A DNA stretch of 64,000 nt from Alphaproteobacteria bacterium (GCA_965214705.1 CBDCCI010000002.1:480001-544000), one strand, 5' to 3'; shown: positions 28,499-38,948, counted from the stretch's first letter. Translations and numbers: made by a program. The notes: a model not told the origin generated them from the sequence alone.

Positions 28499-28882
28499 TC
28501 ATGGCTGCGGCACGGGGCCGCCCTCGGGATCGGCGCTCACCGAGACCGCGCGCCAGCGTTCGGCGGCGCCCGGATCGGTCAGCCGGTCGAGCTCCGCCTC
28601 CCGGTCGAGCCACGCATCGACGGCATCGCCGAGCGCCTTCCAGCGCTCCTCCAGCCCCATGTCAGCCATGCGCCGTTCCTCGATCTTCGCGAGCAGCAGA
28701 AGCTCGCGTACCGCGCGGCGCAGAACGGTATCGGGCAGCGGGTCTGCCACGGTCGCCCTGTGCACGATGTAGCGCGATATATCCATGCCCGCGTCGGCCG
28801 CGAGTTCGCGGATGCGTGCCCATTCGCTCGCGGTCGCCATCACCGCGTGCTGTGTGCGGCGCTCCGCCGGCCTGCGCCTCAT
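28499..28882 (-). CDS. RHH/MobC-like protein 1
   Basis: VMATASEWARIRELAADAGMDISRYIVHRA. Confidence 0.68.
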   Translation of the reverse strand: MRRRPAERRTQHAVMATASEWARIRELAADAGMDISRYIVHRATVADPLPDTVLRRAVRELLLLAKIEERRMADMGLEERWKALGDAVDAWLDREAELDRLTDPGAAERWRAVSVSADPEGGPVPQP

Positions 28883-29263
28883 GAGAGCGCCCCGGAGGCA
28901 GTGCGACACCGTGTGGAACCCCTCCCCAAGCCCGCATTCCGGCCACAACCACCTGTATTTCTCCATATAATGTAGATGAGACGCTGCCATCCCGATACGC
29001 CGCGGCACGCCATCGCCTTATCGCCTCCACATAAGCGTGTTTCCACCGCAACTCCTCCGCAACGACAGATCCATCTGCCCAGACATACGCCTTTAGTTCC
29101 CAGATTGCAACTGATCGGTTCGAAGCCTAAAATTTTATATCAGATAAAAAACCGCCACAATCCTCTTGTGAAACGACCCAATCACCTGTAATGTAATACA
29201 TATGCAGGAGAGAAAACGATCCAGTCCACCCCCTGACGCACTCCAGCTATATCGAATTCAGGA

Positions 29264-29275
29264 CCACACCACGTC
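29264..29275 (+). repeat. Right copy of 12-bp direct repeat (attR-like)
   Basis: CCACACCACGTC identical to 161-172. Confidence 0.9.
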
Positions 29276-29747
29276 GTGGATCGGCTACAAGCTGCACATC
29301 GATGCCGCCGATGGCGGCATCCCGGTCAGTTGCATCCTGACGTCTGCCTCGCTGCACGACAGTCAGGTCGCGATCCCGCTGGCGACCATGAGCGCCGAAC
29401 GCGTGACCAATCTGTACGATCTCATGGACTCAGCCTACGACGCGCCTGAGATCGGCTGGCACAGCTATCTGTTGGGCCACGTTCCAATCATCGACATCAA
29501 TCCCCGGGACAGGGGCTTCAAAGAGGACTTGGCGCGGGAGGCCAAGGCGCGGCGCCGTATCGGCCACAGCCACCCGGCGGACGACCGTTACAGCGAACGC
29601 TCGAACGTCGAGCGCATCAATGGCGGGCTGAAGGACAACTGCGGTGGACGCCATGTCCGCGTGCGCGGCCATGCCAAAGTCTACTGCCACGCGATGTTCG
29701 GCATCCTGGCGCTGACGGTAGACCAATTGGTGCGCCTTCTGACTTGA
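29264..29747 (+). pseudogene. IS5/IS1182-like transposase, downstream part
   Basis: SWIGYKLHID, SASLHDSQ, LMDSAYD, RSNVERINGGLK; probable IS end GAGTTTTGCAAGTGGCTC near 30010. Confidence 0.82.
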
Positions 29748-30010
29748 ACCTCACTTTCGGTTCTGTCCCTGTCATGCCGGAACACGCCTCCCTCGATGGG
29801 GGCACGGAGAGCCGCGCCCGCATCCCGGCGCCGGGCCACGAATGTGACCGCAACGGCCCTCGCTCGCGACAAATCGGCTCCCCGACGGTGGCCATGCGGC
29901 ATGTCGAACCGTCGATTCGACCGATCGTTCGCGTTACGTTCGACCAACCGCTGCCCTCATATCGAACTCCCGGGATGAACGCACCGTGCCCGAGAGTTTT
30001 GCAAGTGGCT

Positions 30011-30168
30011 CCCTCTGGCTCCGGTTCCCCAACATGTTGTACCGATCACCTCGGCGGCGGTATCCGACACGGTCGCAGTTCCTTCCGTGTCTCAATGGGT
30101 TGCCCGTAAAGTGCCCAGCGATCCGGCACCCCACATATGGAGAAGCCGGATGTAAGGGGATAAGCCTT
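30011..30168. mobile_element. MITE-A copy, left end truncated
   Basis: Near-identical to 59809-59965, ends GGGATAAGCCTT. Confidence 0.8.
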
Positions 30169-30363
30169 TGGCTCAATTCGTGATTCGTAGGCATGGGCTG
30201 CCAGTGCTCGCGGGCACGAGCCTCTCGGGGCATCTGGTCGGCAAATTGAAGCCAAAGACGGCCTCTCGCGAGAGAATTCAACCGCGTCCTCGCACTAATC
30301 GGCTGAATTCCGGCTGCCACAGCGCGATGTTTGGGCCATGCCTACGGATCACGAATTGAGCCA
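30169..30363. mobile_element. MITE-T, 195 bp
   Basis: Terminal IR TGGCTCAATTCGTGATyCGTAGGCATGG at both ends. Confidence 0.8.
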
Positions 30364-30583
30364 ACCGCTTATGCACAATGCTCCGGTGAAACCCACATGC
30401 AGCGTCTGGCGGGCCTGAAATAGCCGACATTGGGGGCAACATCATGTGGCACCGGAGCCAAGTGCATAAGCGGTTTGAGCCAAATGAATACTAACCCGAC
30501 ATTGAGGCGTGTGCGCGTTTTCATTCTACGGGGTGGCCGAGCCGCCGGCCATGAAAGTTTTCGACAGCGCGCCGCTGATCCAG

Positions 30584-31735
30584 CTAAAGCCCCATGATCG
30601 TGGCGACGGCCTTTCCGACCCTCTCGGCGGCGGCTTCGATGTCGCGGTCGCCGAGGTGGGCGTAGCGGAGCGTCATGCGCGAATTGGAGTGGCCAAGCAG
30701 CCGGGAGACGACAGGGACCGGCACGCCGTTCATCACGGCGTGGCTCGCCACGGTATGGCGCAGGTCGTGAAGGCGCGCGTCCTCGATGCCGGCCTTGCGG
30801 CGGACCCGGTACCAGAGAGAGAGTTCGGACCCGCGCGGCCGCGACGGATCGCGCGGCGAAGGGAACACGAACCGGCTTTCTCCCCGCTTCTGGCGGTCCA
30901 GGATGCTCCTGGCCTGGGCGTTGAGGGGAACCTTTCTCGGCCCGGTCTTGCTGTCGGCCAGCATCAGCGCGCCGCCCTGGACCTCGGACCAGCGGAGCCC
31001 GGCGATTTCTCCCCTGCGGCATCCGGTGAGAAGCAGCAGGCGGACGATGTCGGCCTGCGGCCTGAACCGCTCTCCCCGCTTGGCCTCTTCGTCGAGGACG
31101 GCGTGAAGACGCGCGATCTCCTCGCGCGACAGGAAGCGCGTCATCGGCGACCGGCGGTTGGGGGCGATGCCCTGCGCGGGGTTGCTGTCGAGGAGGCCGC
31201 GGGCGATGGCGAGGTTGAGGATCGAGCGAAGCAGCTTGAGCGCGTTGTTGGCGTTGCCGGGCGCGGCGCAGCTGAATGCGTCGAACCAGCGCCTGACCTG
31301 CGCAGGCGTTATGCGCTCGAGCGGGGTCGCGCCGAAGGCGGGGAGGAGGCGGGTATCGAGCAGGCAGGCATAGGACTTCCCGGTCGCGGGCTTGCAGCGC
31401 CCGAAAATCGCCTCCTTCCATGGACCCTCCACGAACTCGCGGAACAGGGGGGCGGCGGGCGCCGGACGGACGGGCTTGTCCGTCTCCGGGCTTGCCCGGC
31501 GCTGATGGCACTCCCGCCGCGCCTGCTCCACGGTCCTCGTCGAGACCGGGCCGAGGGAGACGCGCCTGGAGCGCCCCCCGGCGTGCTCCAGCAGAACCCA
31601 GGTCTTTGCGCCGCTCGGACGGACCCGGACCCCGAGGCCGGGCACGCTCTTGTCCCAGACGGCATACTCCCGCGCGCGGGGGCGGAGACCGGCGACGGCG
31701 TCGTCGGTGAGCTTCCTGCGTTCCCTTGCCGGCAC
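30584..31735 (-). CDS. Tyrosine recombinase B, second module
   Basis: Close homolog of 1420-2565; TGCRRGE, HDLRH, LLGH..LRY. Confidence 0.92.
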   Translation of the reverse strand: MPARERRKLTDDAVAGLRPRAREYAVWDKSVPGLGVRVRPSGAKTWVLLEHAGGRSRRVSLGPVSTRTVEQARRECHQRRASPETDKPVRPAPAAPLFREFVEGPWKEAIFGRCKPATGKSYACLLDTRLLPAFGATPLERITPAQVRRWFDAFSCAAPGNANNALKLLRSILNLAIARGLLDSNPAQGIAPNRRSPMTRFLSREEIARLHAVLDEEAKRGERFRPQADIVRLLLLTGCRRGEIAGLRWSEVQGGALMLADSKTGPRKVPLNAQARSILDRQKRGESRFVFPSPRDPSRPRGSELSLWYRVRRKAGIEDARLHDLRHTVASHAVMNGVPVPVVSRLLGHSNSRMTLRYAHLGDRDIEAAAERVGKAVATIMGL

Positions 31736-31738
31736 GGC

Positions 31739-32860
31739 TCAGCTCCCCAGCACGGCGCCGATGGTCTCGGCGGCCTGCCGCGTCATCGCGTCGGCCGGGT
31801 GGGCATACTTGAGGGTGGTCCCCGGATCGGCATGTCCGAGCAGTCTGCCGATGGCGAGCACGGTCTCGCCCTCGCGCAGCGCGATGCTGGCATGGGTATG
31901 GCGGAGATCGTGAAGACGGGCGTCGCCGAGGTCGGCCTCCGCCCGGATGCGCCACCAGAAGCTGTCCAGCCAGTGTTCGCAGTGCGCGCGTCCGGTATGG
32001 GGCGACGGAAAGACCCAACGGCCGGTCCGCGCGATGCCGTCGAGGACGGCCCGCGCGGGCGCGGACAGCCAGACGGTCCTCGGTCCGGTCTTGGAGTCGC
32101 GCAGGAACAGGCGGCCCTCGCGGTAGTCGGACCAGCGGAGCGTCAGGATCTCGCTCTTGCGGCATCCGGTCAAAAGGAGCAGGCGGATCGCGGCGACCTG
32201 CCCCGGACACGCCTCGGCGTGCGCCGACAGCACCCGGGAGAGCCTCCGGATCTCGTCGTCCGACAGGACCCGCTCGCGCCCCTTGCGGCGGTATCGCCGG
32301 ATGCCCCGGCAGGGGTTGGAGCCCTCGGGCCGCAGCCCCATCCGTTCCGCCCCCTTCATGACGACGGAGAGGATCGGCATGGACCTGTCGGCGGCGGCCG
32401 GCGTGGCGGCCAGCGAGGCGAACCAGTCGCGCACCGCGCGCCGGTCGATATCGGCGACATTGCGCCCCGCGAAATGGGGCATGATCTGCTTGCGGAGGTA
32501 GCCCCGGTTGACAGCGAGCGTGCGCGGCTTCCATGTCCGCTCGTACTGCCGGAATACGGTCTCCGCGACGGCCTCGAAGAGCGCCTCCTCGGGACGGGGC
32601 GGCGCGGTGTCGCCCCGCCCGATCGCGGCCAGCATCCCGCTCGCGCGCGAGCGCGCCTCGATCACGCCGACCGCCTCGGCGTCGCCTATGATCTTCCACA
32701 CTCGTTTGCCGCGATGCTGGCAGTGGACGAAGAAGCGCTTGCGGCCCGAGGGCAGCACCCGGACGCCGAAGCCCTTGAGCTTGCCGTCGCGGACGTCGTA
32801 GGCGGCCTTGCGGGGCTTCAGCGCCCCGATGCGGGCGTCGGTGAGGTTGGTTTTGGGCAT
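31739..32860 (-). CDS. Tyrosine recombinase A, second module
   Basis: Close homolog of 292-1416. Confidence 0.92.
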   Translation of the reverse strand: MPKTNLTDARIGALKPRKAAYDVRDGKLKGFGVRVLPSGRKRFFVHCQHRGKRVWKIIGDAEAVGVIEARSRASGMLAAIGRGDTAPPRPEEALFEAVAETVFRQYERTWKPRTLAVNRGYLRKQIMPHFAGRNVADIDRRAVRDWFASLAATPAAADRSMPILSVVMKGAERMGLRPEGSNPCRGIRRYRRKGRERVLSDDEIRRLSRVLSAHAEACPGQVAAIRLLLLTGCRKSEILTLRWSDYREGRLFLRDSKTGPRTVWLSAPARAVLDGIARTGRWVFPSPHTGRAHCEHWLDSFWWRIRAEADLGDARLHDLRHTHASIALREGETVLAIGRLLGHADPGTTLKYAHPADAMTRQAAETIGAVLGS

Positions 32861-32978
32861 ATCCTCTCTCCCGGTTGCGATTGCAGCCGGGGAACCGGGC
32901 GTTGACCGATCCGTCCGGATGCAACAAGATGCGGAAGAAAAAGCGACCCTTAGTCAGATAGTTAGCACCGCAGGTGCG
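32861..32978 (-). promoter_or_regulatory. Conserved left terminus of the tandem-recombinase element
   Basis: Reverse complement matches 174-291, beginning CGCACCTGCGGTGCTAACTATCTGAC. Confidence 0.85.
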
Positions 32979-33798
32979 CCGTCAGGTGTGCGTGGCCGAC
33001 CGGGGGATGCTGAGCGCCGACAACCTCGACGCCATGGACGCGATGGACAACGAGTACGTCGTGGGCGCGCGGCTGCGCAAGCTGCCGGCTGCACTGAAGA
33101 AGCAGGTTCTCGACCTGGACGCCTATGGCCCGCTGGAGGGCTCGCAGAGCCGCCAGGTCGGCGAATGGGAGCACAAGGGCCGGCGCCTGATCGTCGTCTG
33201 GTGCCCCGAGCGGGCGCGCAAGGACGCACACGAGCGCCGCAAAGCGGTGGAGCGCCTGCTCGACAAGCTCGAGCGCAGCGACAATCCGAAGGAGCTGCTC
33301 TCCAATCATGGCGCCAAGCGCTTCATCGCCGTCGAGGGCGACGCGCGGCTCACCGTCAACCCGGAGAAGATCGCCGAAGCGGAACGGTGGGACGGGTTGG
33401 CCGGCGTCATCACCAATCTGCGCGACGCGAGCGTCACCGAAGTGCTGTCGCACTACCATGGGCTGTGGCAGGTCGAGGAGAGCTTCCGCATCACCAAGCA
33501 CGATCTCCGGGTACGACCGATCTGGCACTGGACCCCGGCTCGGATCCGCGCCCACATCGCCATCTCCTTCATGGCCTTCGCCTGCGTCCGCCACCTTGCC
33601 TACCGCGTCGCCGTCCAGAAGCGCCGGATGTCCCCGGAAGTCATCCGCTCCGCGCTCGTTCACCGGCAATGTTCGATCCTGCGCTGCCAGCAGACAGGCA
33701 ACCGCTACGTCATCCCATCGAAGCCAACGCCGAAGGCGGAAATGATCTACGCAACCATGGGGCTGCCCCTGACGACCACCCCGTACCAGCTCGCCTGA
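32979..33798 (+). pseudogene. IS1634-family transposase C-terminal half (IS end at about 33909)
   Basis: VADRGMLS, LWQVEESFRITKHDLRVRPIWHW, RIRAHI; terminal GTCGAAGTCAGG. Confidence 0.85.
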
Positions 33799-33909
33799 GC
33801 GCCCGACGAACCCCGGCACGGCGTCGCAGCTCCATCAAATGTTGTGCCTAGCCAGAAATGAGAACCGGGGAATATCAACTACTTACGAAAACAAACCGTC
33901 GAAGTCAGG

Positions 33910-34212
33910 AAAGAATTCCTCGCTGGCGACGAAGTCCCGATTTGCAGCCAGTGTTCCAGCACTGCCGAGCAGAGCGGGCTCGTAGCTCAGCCGAACCGCC
34001 GGCGGCCGACGTCGGCGCGCCACATGCGCCTCGACCTGATCGGCGAGGTGGTGAAGGTTGACGAGAACATCGCTGACTCCGGCACGGAGCATTGCATCGA
34101 GCCAAATGTCGACCATCGCGATGCCGCCGATCGTCAGGAGACACTTGGGGGTTTGGTCGGTCAGCGGACGCATCCTGGTGCCGAGCCCCGCCGCCAGAAG
34201 AAATGCCTTCAT
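33910..34212 (-). pseudogene. Sugar-phosphate nucleotidyltransferase N-terminal fragment
   Basis: MKAFLLAAGLGTRMRPLTDQTPKCL; cut by the IS1634 end. Confidence 0.85.
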
Positions 34213-34782
34213 GACCTAACCCTCTTGCGCAGGAAATATTGGTAGAGAATCTCACGCAACTTCTCGGCAGCGGAAAAGCCGAGCGGTGCACGGAATGCGA
34301 ATGCGGTGATCGCCGGCACGCTGCCCACGTACGCCAGCCGCCGGGCATTGAGCCTCAATATCGCGACCTCGGCCAGGAACCAGTCTCTCCCCCCGCGGCG
34401 CGCGGCCAAGGACCGGGCATCGGCTCTCAGCAGAGGCGCCCGGGAACCGAAAATACGCTTGCCGTGGATGAGCATCTTGATCCACAAGCAATAATCCTCC
34501 ATCTCCGCCATTCTCGTCGGATAGCCGCCGACAGCCAGAACGTCGTCAATTCGGAACGCGCAGCAATTGCCGTTTACAGGGTTGCGGAAAAAACTGTAGA
34601 GATTCCAGGGTCCAATAGTCCCGCTAGGCACGCGCTTGAGCAACTCCAATCCGTCCTCCTTGATTTCCAGAACCGGGGCGGACGTGGCCGAGATCGCGCG
34701 ATCCTCCAGGATCCGGGCCTGCTCGGCAAACCGCTCCGGCAAGCTGACATCGTCGGTATCGGCCCGAAACACGATCTCACCT

Positions 34783-36116
34783 CACTAGTGTCCCAACGTT
34801 TTCGAAGCTGGTGCGGTTAACAGATTGATATTCGTTCGAGAAATCCTGTTCAAGGGAGTCACCGACTTGAGACCGTAGCGCCGGTTCGGCACGCTTTTCC
34901 TGTCCAACATGTATCAGGAGAGGATGGCGGATGTATTCTGGCAAGCTGGTCTTCGCGCAAATCGTGGATCACCTACCCTGGCACAGTTTCCGTCGCTGCG
35001 TGGCCCGTTACAACGGAAACCGCAAGATCAAGTCGTTCACCTGCGCGGATCAGTACCGATGCATGGCCTTCGCTCAGCTCACTTATCGGGCCAGCTTGCG
35101 CGACATCGAGACCTGCCTGCGCGTTCAACCCACAAAGCTCTATCACATGGGGATCCGTGGCAGGGTCTCGCGCAACACCCTCGCCAATGCCAACGCCGTT
35201 CGCGAATGGCAGATCTACGCCGACTTCGCTCAACATCTCATCCACATCGCCCGAAACCTCTACGCCGACGACAATACGCTCGGCCTTGATCTTGATAACA
35301 CCGTCTATGCCCTCGACTCCTCGACAATCGACCTCTGCCTGTCGCTGTTCCCGTGGGCTCCGTTCCGCAAGACAAAGGGCGCCGTCAAGCTCCACACCCT
35401 GCTCGACCTGCACGGCCACATCCCCGCCTTCATCCACATCTCCGACGGAAAACTCCACGACGTCAATGTGATGGACATGCTGCTGCCGGAGGCCGGAGCC
35501 TTCTATATCATGGACCGGGCCTACCTCGACTTCAGCCGTCTCCATCACCTGCATCACAGTGGCAGCTTCTTTGTCCTGCGCGCGAAATCCAACACCAAGC
35601 TCCGCCGCCTCTACTCCCGCCCTGTCGATCGCACCCGCGGTCTCATCTGCGATCAGGTCGTACGGCCAAGCGGCGTCAACAGCGCGACCGATTATCCCGA
35701 CAAGCTACGGCGGATCCGGTACCGAGATGCCGAGCGCGACAAAACCCTCGTCTTCCTCACCAACAACTTTGTTCTGCCGGCTCTGACGATCGCCGAACTC
35801 TACCGTGCCCGCTGGCACATCGAGTTGTTCTTCAAATGGATCAAGCAGCACCTCCGGATCAAGTCCTTCTTCGGCACCTCGGAGAACGCGGTGAAGACCC
35901 AGATCTGGATCGCGGTGTCGGTCTATGTCCTGGTCGCCATCATCCGCAAGCGGCTGAAGCTGGAGCAGAGCCTCTACACAATTCTACAGATCCTGAGCCT
36001 TACGGTGTTCGAGAAAACGCCTCTCTATCAACTGTTTGACCCAGAGGGCCTGCAAATCGGCCAACTAGACCACCCTAACCAATTGAACTTATTCCGCTAA
36101 CGTTGGGACACTAGTG
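34783..36116 (+). mobile_element. IS4-family element
   Basis: 18-bp IR CACTAGTGTCCCAACGTT; 9-bp TSD ATCTCACCT. Confidence 0.93.
34931..36100 (+). CDS. IS4-family transposase (DUF4372 plus DDE)
   Basis: ALDSSTIDL, MDRAYLD, YRARWHIELFFKWIKQHL. Confidence 0.94.
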   Translation: MYSGKLVFAQIVDHLPWHSFRRCVARYNGNRKIKSFTCADQYRCMAFAQLTYRASLRDIETCLRVQPTKLYHMGIRGRVSRNTLANANAVREWQIYADFAQHLIHIARNLYADDNTLGLDLDNTVYALDSSTIDLCLSLFPWAPFRKTKGAVKLHTLLDLHGHIPAFIHISDGKLHDVNVMDMLLPEAGAFYIMDRAYLDFSRLHHLHHSGSFFVLRAKSNTKLRRLYSRPVDRTRGLICDQVVRPSGVNSATDYPDKLRRIRYRDAERDKTLVFLTNNFVLPALTIAELYRARWHIELFFKWIKQHLRIKSFFGTSENAVKTQIWIAVSVYVLVAIIRKRLKLEQSLYTILQILSLTVFEKTPLYQLFDPEGLQIGQLDHPNQLNLFR

Positions 36117-36164
36117 ATCTCACCTGTGAAGTGGATCAGTCCGTCATTCAGATCGAGGCCAACA

Positions 36165-36191
36165 TTCTTCTTCTTCTTCTTCTTCTTCTTC
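36165..36191. repeat. (TTC)9 microsatellite encoding K8
   Basis: Direct reading. Confidence 0.9.
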
Positions 36192-36509
36192 TGAATTACC
36201 TTCAACGGAAGACGCTGCTTCCAGTGATCGATGACTCTATGCAGTTCCGCTCGGACCTCGCCATCCAAAACCAGAACAATCTCGTCGGCCGGACGGGTTT
36301 GTGCCGCCAACGACGCAAAGTAGGCGTCCAGCCTGTCCGGTCTTTCACCGTCATACGTGACAGACAGAACGGATGTCTTCACCGAACCTCACCCATCTCC
36401 ACAGACCGCATCGCCCGCCCCACCGCCTCCACAGTCTCCAATATCCAAGGTTAGATTTCCTGACCTCGTGGCACAAGCGGCTTTGCCCATGCGGTTCGAG
36501 CCGCTTGCA

Positions 36510-37805
36510 AAATTCCGCATCTGGATCGTGCCGACCATCAAGGCTTCGTTGAGAATCAGCACCGAGCCGCCCAAGGCCTTGCGCGCTTCCCCCGTCTTCT
36601 CCGGCGGGGCGATGCCGTCGCTCACGTCGCGGTAGCGCGTGAGGAACCATTGCAACGTGCGGGCCGGGATATCGGCTTCGCCTTCGAGCACGCGCGCGGC
36701 GCTGGCCGAGGGAGCCAGTCCGACGATTTGCCGCTCGCCCGCCAATTCTGCCAGTCGCGCAACATGGTGGGGTCTTGCCGGAGCCCGCATGGCCTTGCAC
36801 CCCGACCGTGACATGAGGCGAGAGCAGGATTCCGCGTACGGCATCGCGCTGGCCGGGATTCAGCCCTGCCGCGTCCAGCCTGGCCTCGACCGCCTCTGCC
36901 GGCGCCAGGCTTCGTCCGGCGTCAAGCCCCTCGCGCATGCCGGCGATAATCTCGCGCTCGGCGTTGCGTGCCCGGTCGGTGACGAAGGCGAGGTCGCCCC
37001 TCCGCGCCGTCGCTTCGATCAGGTGTCCGTCGCGCCGGAGCTGGGCGATACCGGCGTCCAGCGCTTCGAGCGAGTGCCGCCCGCCCCCGTGCGCCAGCGC
37101 CCAGGCGCGCAGGTCGTTGGCCGGGATCACCGTGCGCCGCTCCTCCAGGTGCTCGACCGCCTGCCGCGCCACCGACAGCGCCGACGGAGGCGCTCGCGCC
37201 TCGCTCGGGGGAAAGGCCGATGCGCTGACCCCGTTGCGGCCCCTAGCGATGTCCCGGTCGAGCGCCGGGCCGAGCTCCTGCGCCCGTTCCTTCCATGTCT
37301 GGTGCAGAACCTGCCGAACCGGCTCCGCCTTGCGCCGCCGCGTGTAGAGCGCTGCCTGCTGCGTCCTGGCGGGGGTGTTCTCCCAGCCTCGTTCAAGCAT
37401 GTAGTCCAGAAGCTCCCGGCGTCGGGTCGAGAACGCGTCCAGCATCGGCTTGCCGCAGCCCGCGATCTCGGACCCCGGCATCCGGCCCACAAGCGTCGGC
37501 ACCGTGGCGTAGCCGATCTTCTCCAGCCCCGTGCGCAACTCGTTGCGGTAGTAGGCGCCGATCAAGCGCTTCGAGCGTTCCACGGCGGTGAACTCGGCGC
37601 TACTCCACTCCACTCCCCGTTCCGGCCGCGCGTCATGTTGGCGAGCACCGCGTGCGTGTGCAGTTGCGGGTCGAGGTTGCGGCTGGCCAGGTGGCGGAAG
37701 GTCGCCGCCGCCATGCCCTGCGCCTGCACCCGAGGCCTTCGCCCGGTCGCCGGATCGAAGCTCCGGGTCTGGAGCAGCTCGTTCTCGATGAAGCCCAGCG
37801 TCCTC
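36510..37805 (-). pseudogene. Second MobF relaxase, frameshifted fragment
   Basis: RHLASRNLDPQLHTH, QGHAGSGKT, RTLQWFLTRY in shifting frames. Confidence 0.85.
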
Positions 37806-37814
37806 GCGCTCCTC

Positions 37815-37877
37815 GACCGAATTCTGGCTGCCACAGCGGCTTGTCTGTGCCGGGCCTACGGTTCACGAATTGAGCCA
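37815..37877. repeat. Isolated MITE-T end
   Basis: Homologous to 30305-30363, ends CACGAATTGAGCCA. Confidence 0.7.
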
Positions 37878-38025
37878 TAACAAGTAGAGCAGGCCGTCAC
37901 CATATGCTTGACCGGCTAGCCGCGCGGGCCGATGCCCGAGCCGGCAGCATCCGGACGTGTCTGCTTCCCCTGCGCGGCCAAAGCGGATATCGTCGATGCG
38001 TTGGATGCAGCGGGGAGGACTGTCG

Positions 38026-38751
38026 ATGGGCCGTCAAGTTCAGACGAGAGGCGACTGCGTCTACTGTGGCAGAGAGATGACGGCCAACAGATCGACACGC
38101 CATATGCAGAGCTGTGCCGAGCGGCGCAAGGCCATTGAACAGGCGGACGGTGCCGGTGAAACGGCCCAGGTCATGTTCCACCTCAAGGTGCAGGACTCGG
38201 ATGGATTGGGGTACTGGCTCCATCTTGAAATGTGCGGCAGCGCGATTTTGGACGATCTGGACCATTACTTGCGCAAGATCTGGCTGGATTGCTGCGGTCA
38301 TCTGAGCGCGTTCAGCATTCAGGGAGCGCAATACAGGCAGCTCTTTGTCGATTCAGTCTACTTCGAGGACGAACCCGCAATGGATGTCAGCGCTGACTAG
38401 GTATTCACGACGGGGCTGGAGATGTCCCACAAGTATGACTTCGGGTCGACCACCGAACTGGTGATTAGGGTGGTCGGCCAGCGCCGGGGCAAACCGACTA
38501 CGGAGCATCCCATCGCATTGATGGCCCGCAACAAACACGAGCCATTTCAGTGCGAGATCTGCAAAAGACCCGCGCAATTCATGTGCCTTGATTGCCACTA
38601 CGAGGGCGATGGAAAATCGGCGGGTTACATATGCGGGAACGACGCCGTTGCGCACGAGGGCCACGAAGACCACGGCGGCCTGATGCCGATCTTCAATTCA
38701 CCGAGAACCGGGATCTGCGCCTATAGCGGTCCGGCGGAACCACCCTATTGA
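38026..38751 (+). pseudogene. Cys-rich pRiA4b ORF3-like protein with in-frame TAG at 38398-38400
   Basis: LDDLDHYLRKIWLDCCGHLSAF, YDFGSTT, NSPRTGICAY in one frame. Confidence 0.7.
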
Positions 38752-38948
38752 ACCGGGTGTCGGCGCTCGCGGAACGTCCCGCTATCGCGACAACTTAGAT
38801 TGATATCCGTTCCGGGCATTCGGACCGAAGTCGAATCGTCCCAAGGGTCAACGACATTCGCAGTTACATGAGCTTATCGCGGATTATATAGCGGCATGCC
38901 ACGCTAAGAACACAATCCAGCAATCCCCCTGACTTCGACGGTTTGTTT

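Larger units (their letters stand above)
173..29263. mobile_element. Integrative, probably mobilizable element with tandem tyrosine recombinases, type I-B CRISPR-Cas and MobF relaxase
   Basis: 12-bp DR at both junctions, 14-bp subterminal IR (206-219 / 29206-29219), recombinases at the left end and mob genes at the right end. Confidence 0.85.
34209..36382 (-). pseudogene. GT2 glycosyltransferase (AmsE-like) interrupted by IS4
   Basis: SVLSVTY...QTRPADEIVLVLDG then FRADTDDVSLPERF...EDYCLW. Confidence 0.82.

Noticed and set aside
29251-29262. ATCGAATTCAGG resembling an IS1634 terminus
   Set aside because: No adjacent IS1634 gene; the direct repeat and arm-like IRs explain this end better
38398-38400. 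In-frame TAG codons here and at 60811 as stop-codon recoding
   Set aside because: Other genes such as cas2 and recombinase B end in TAG; pseudogenisation is simpler
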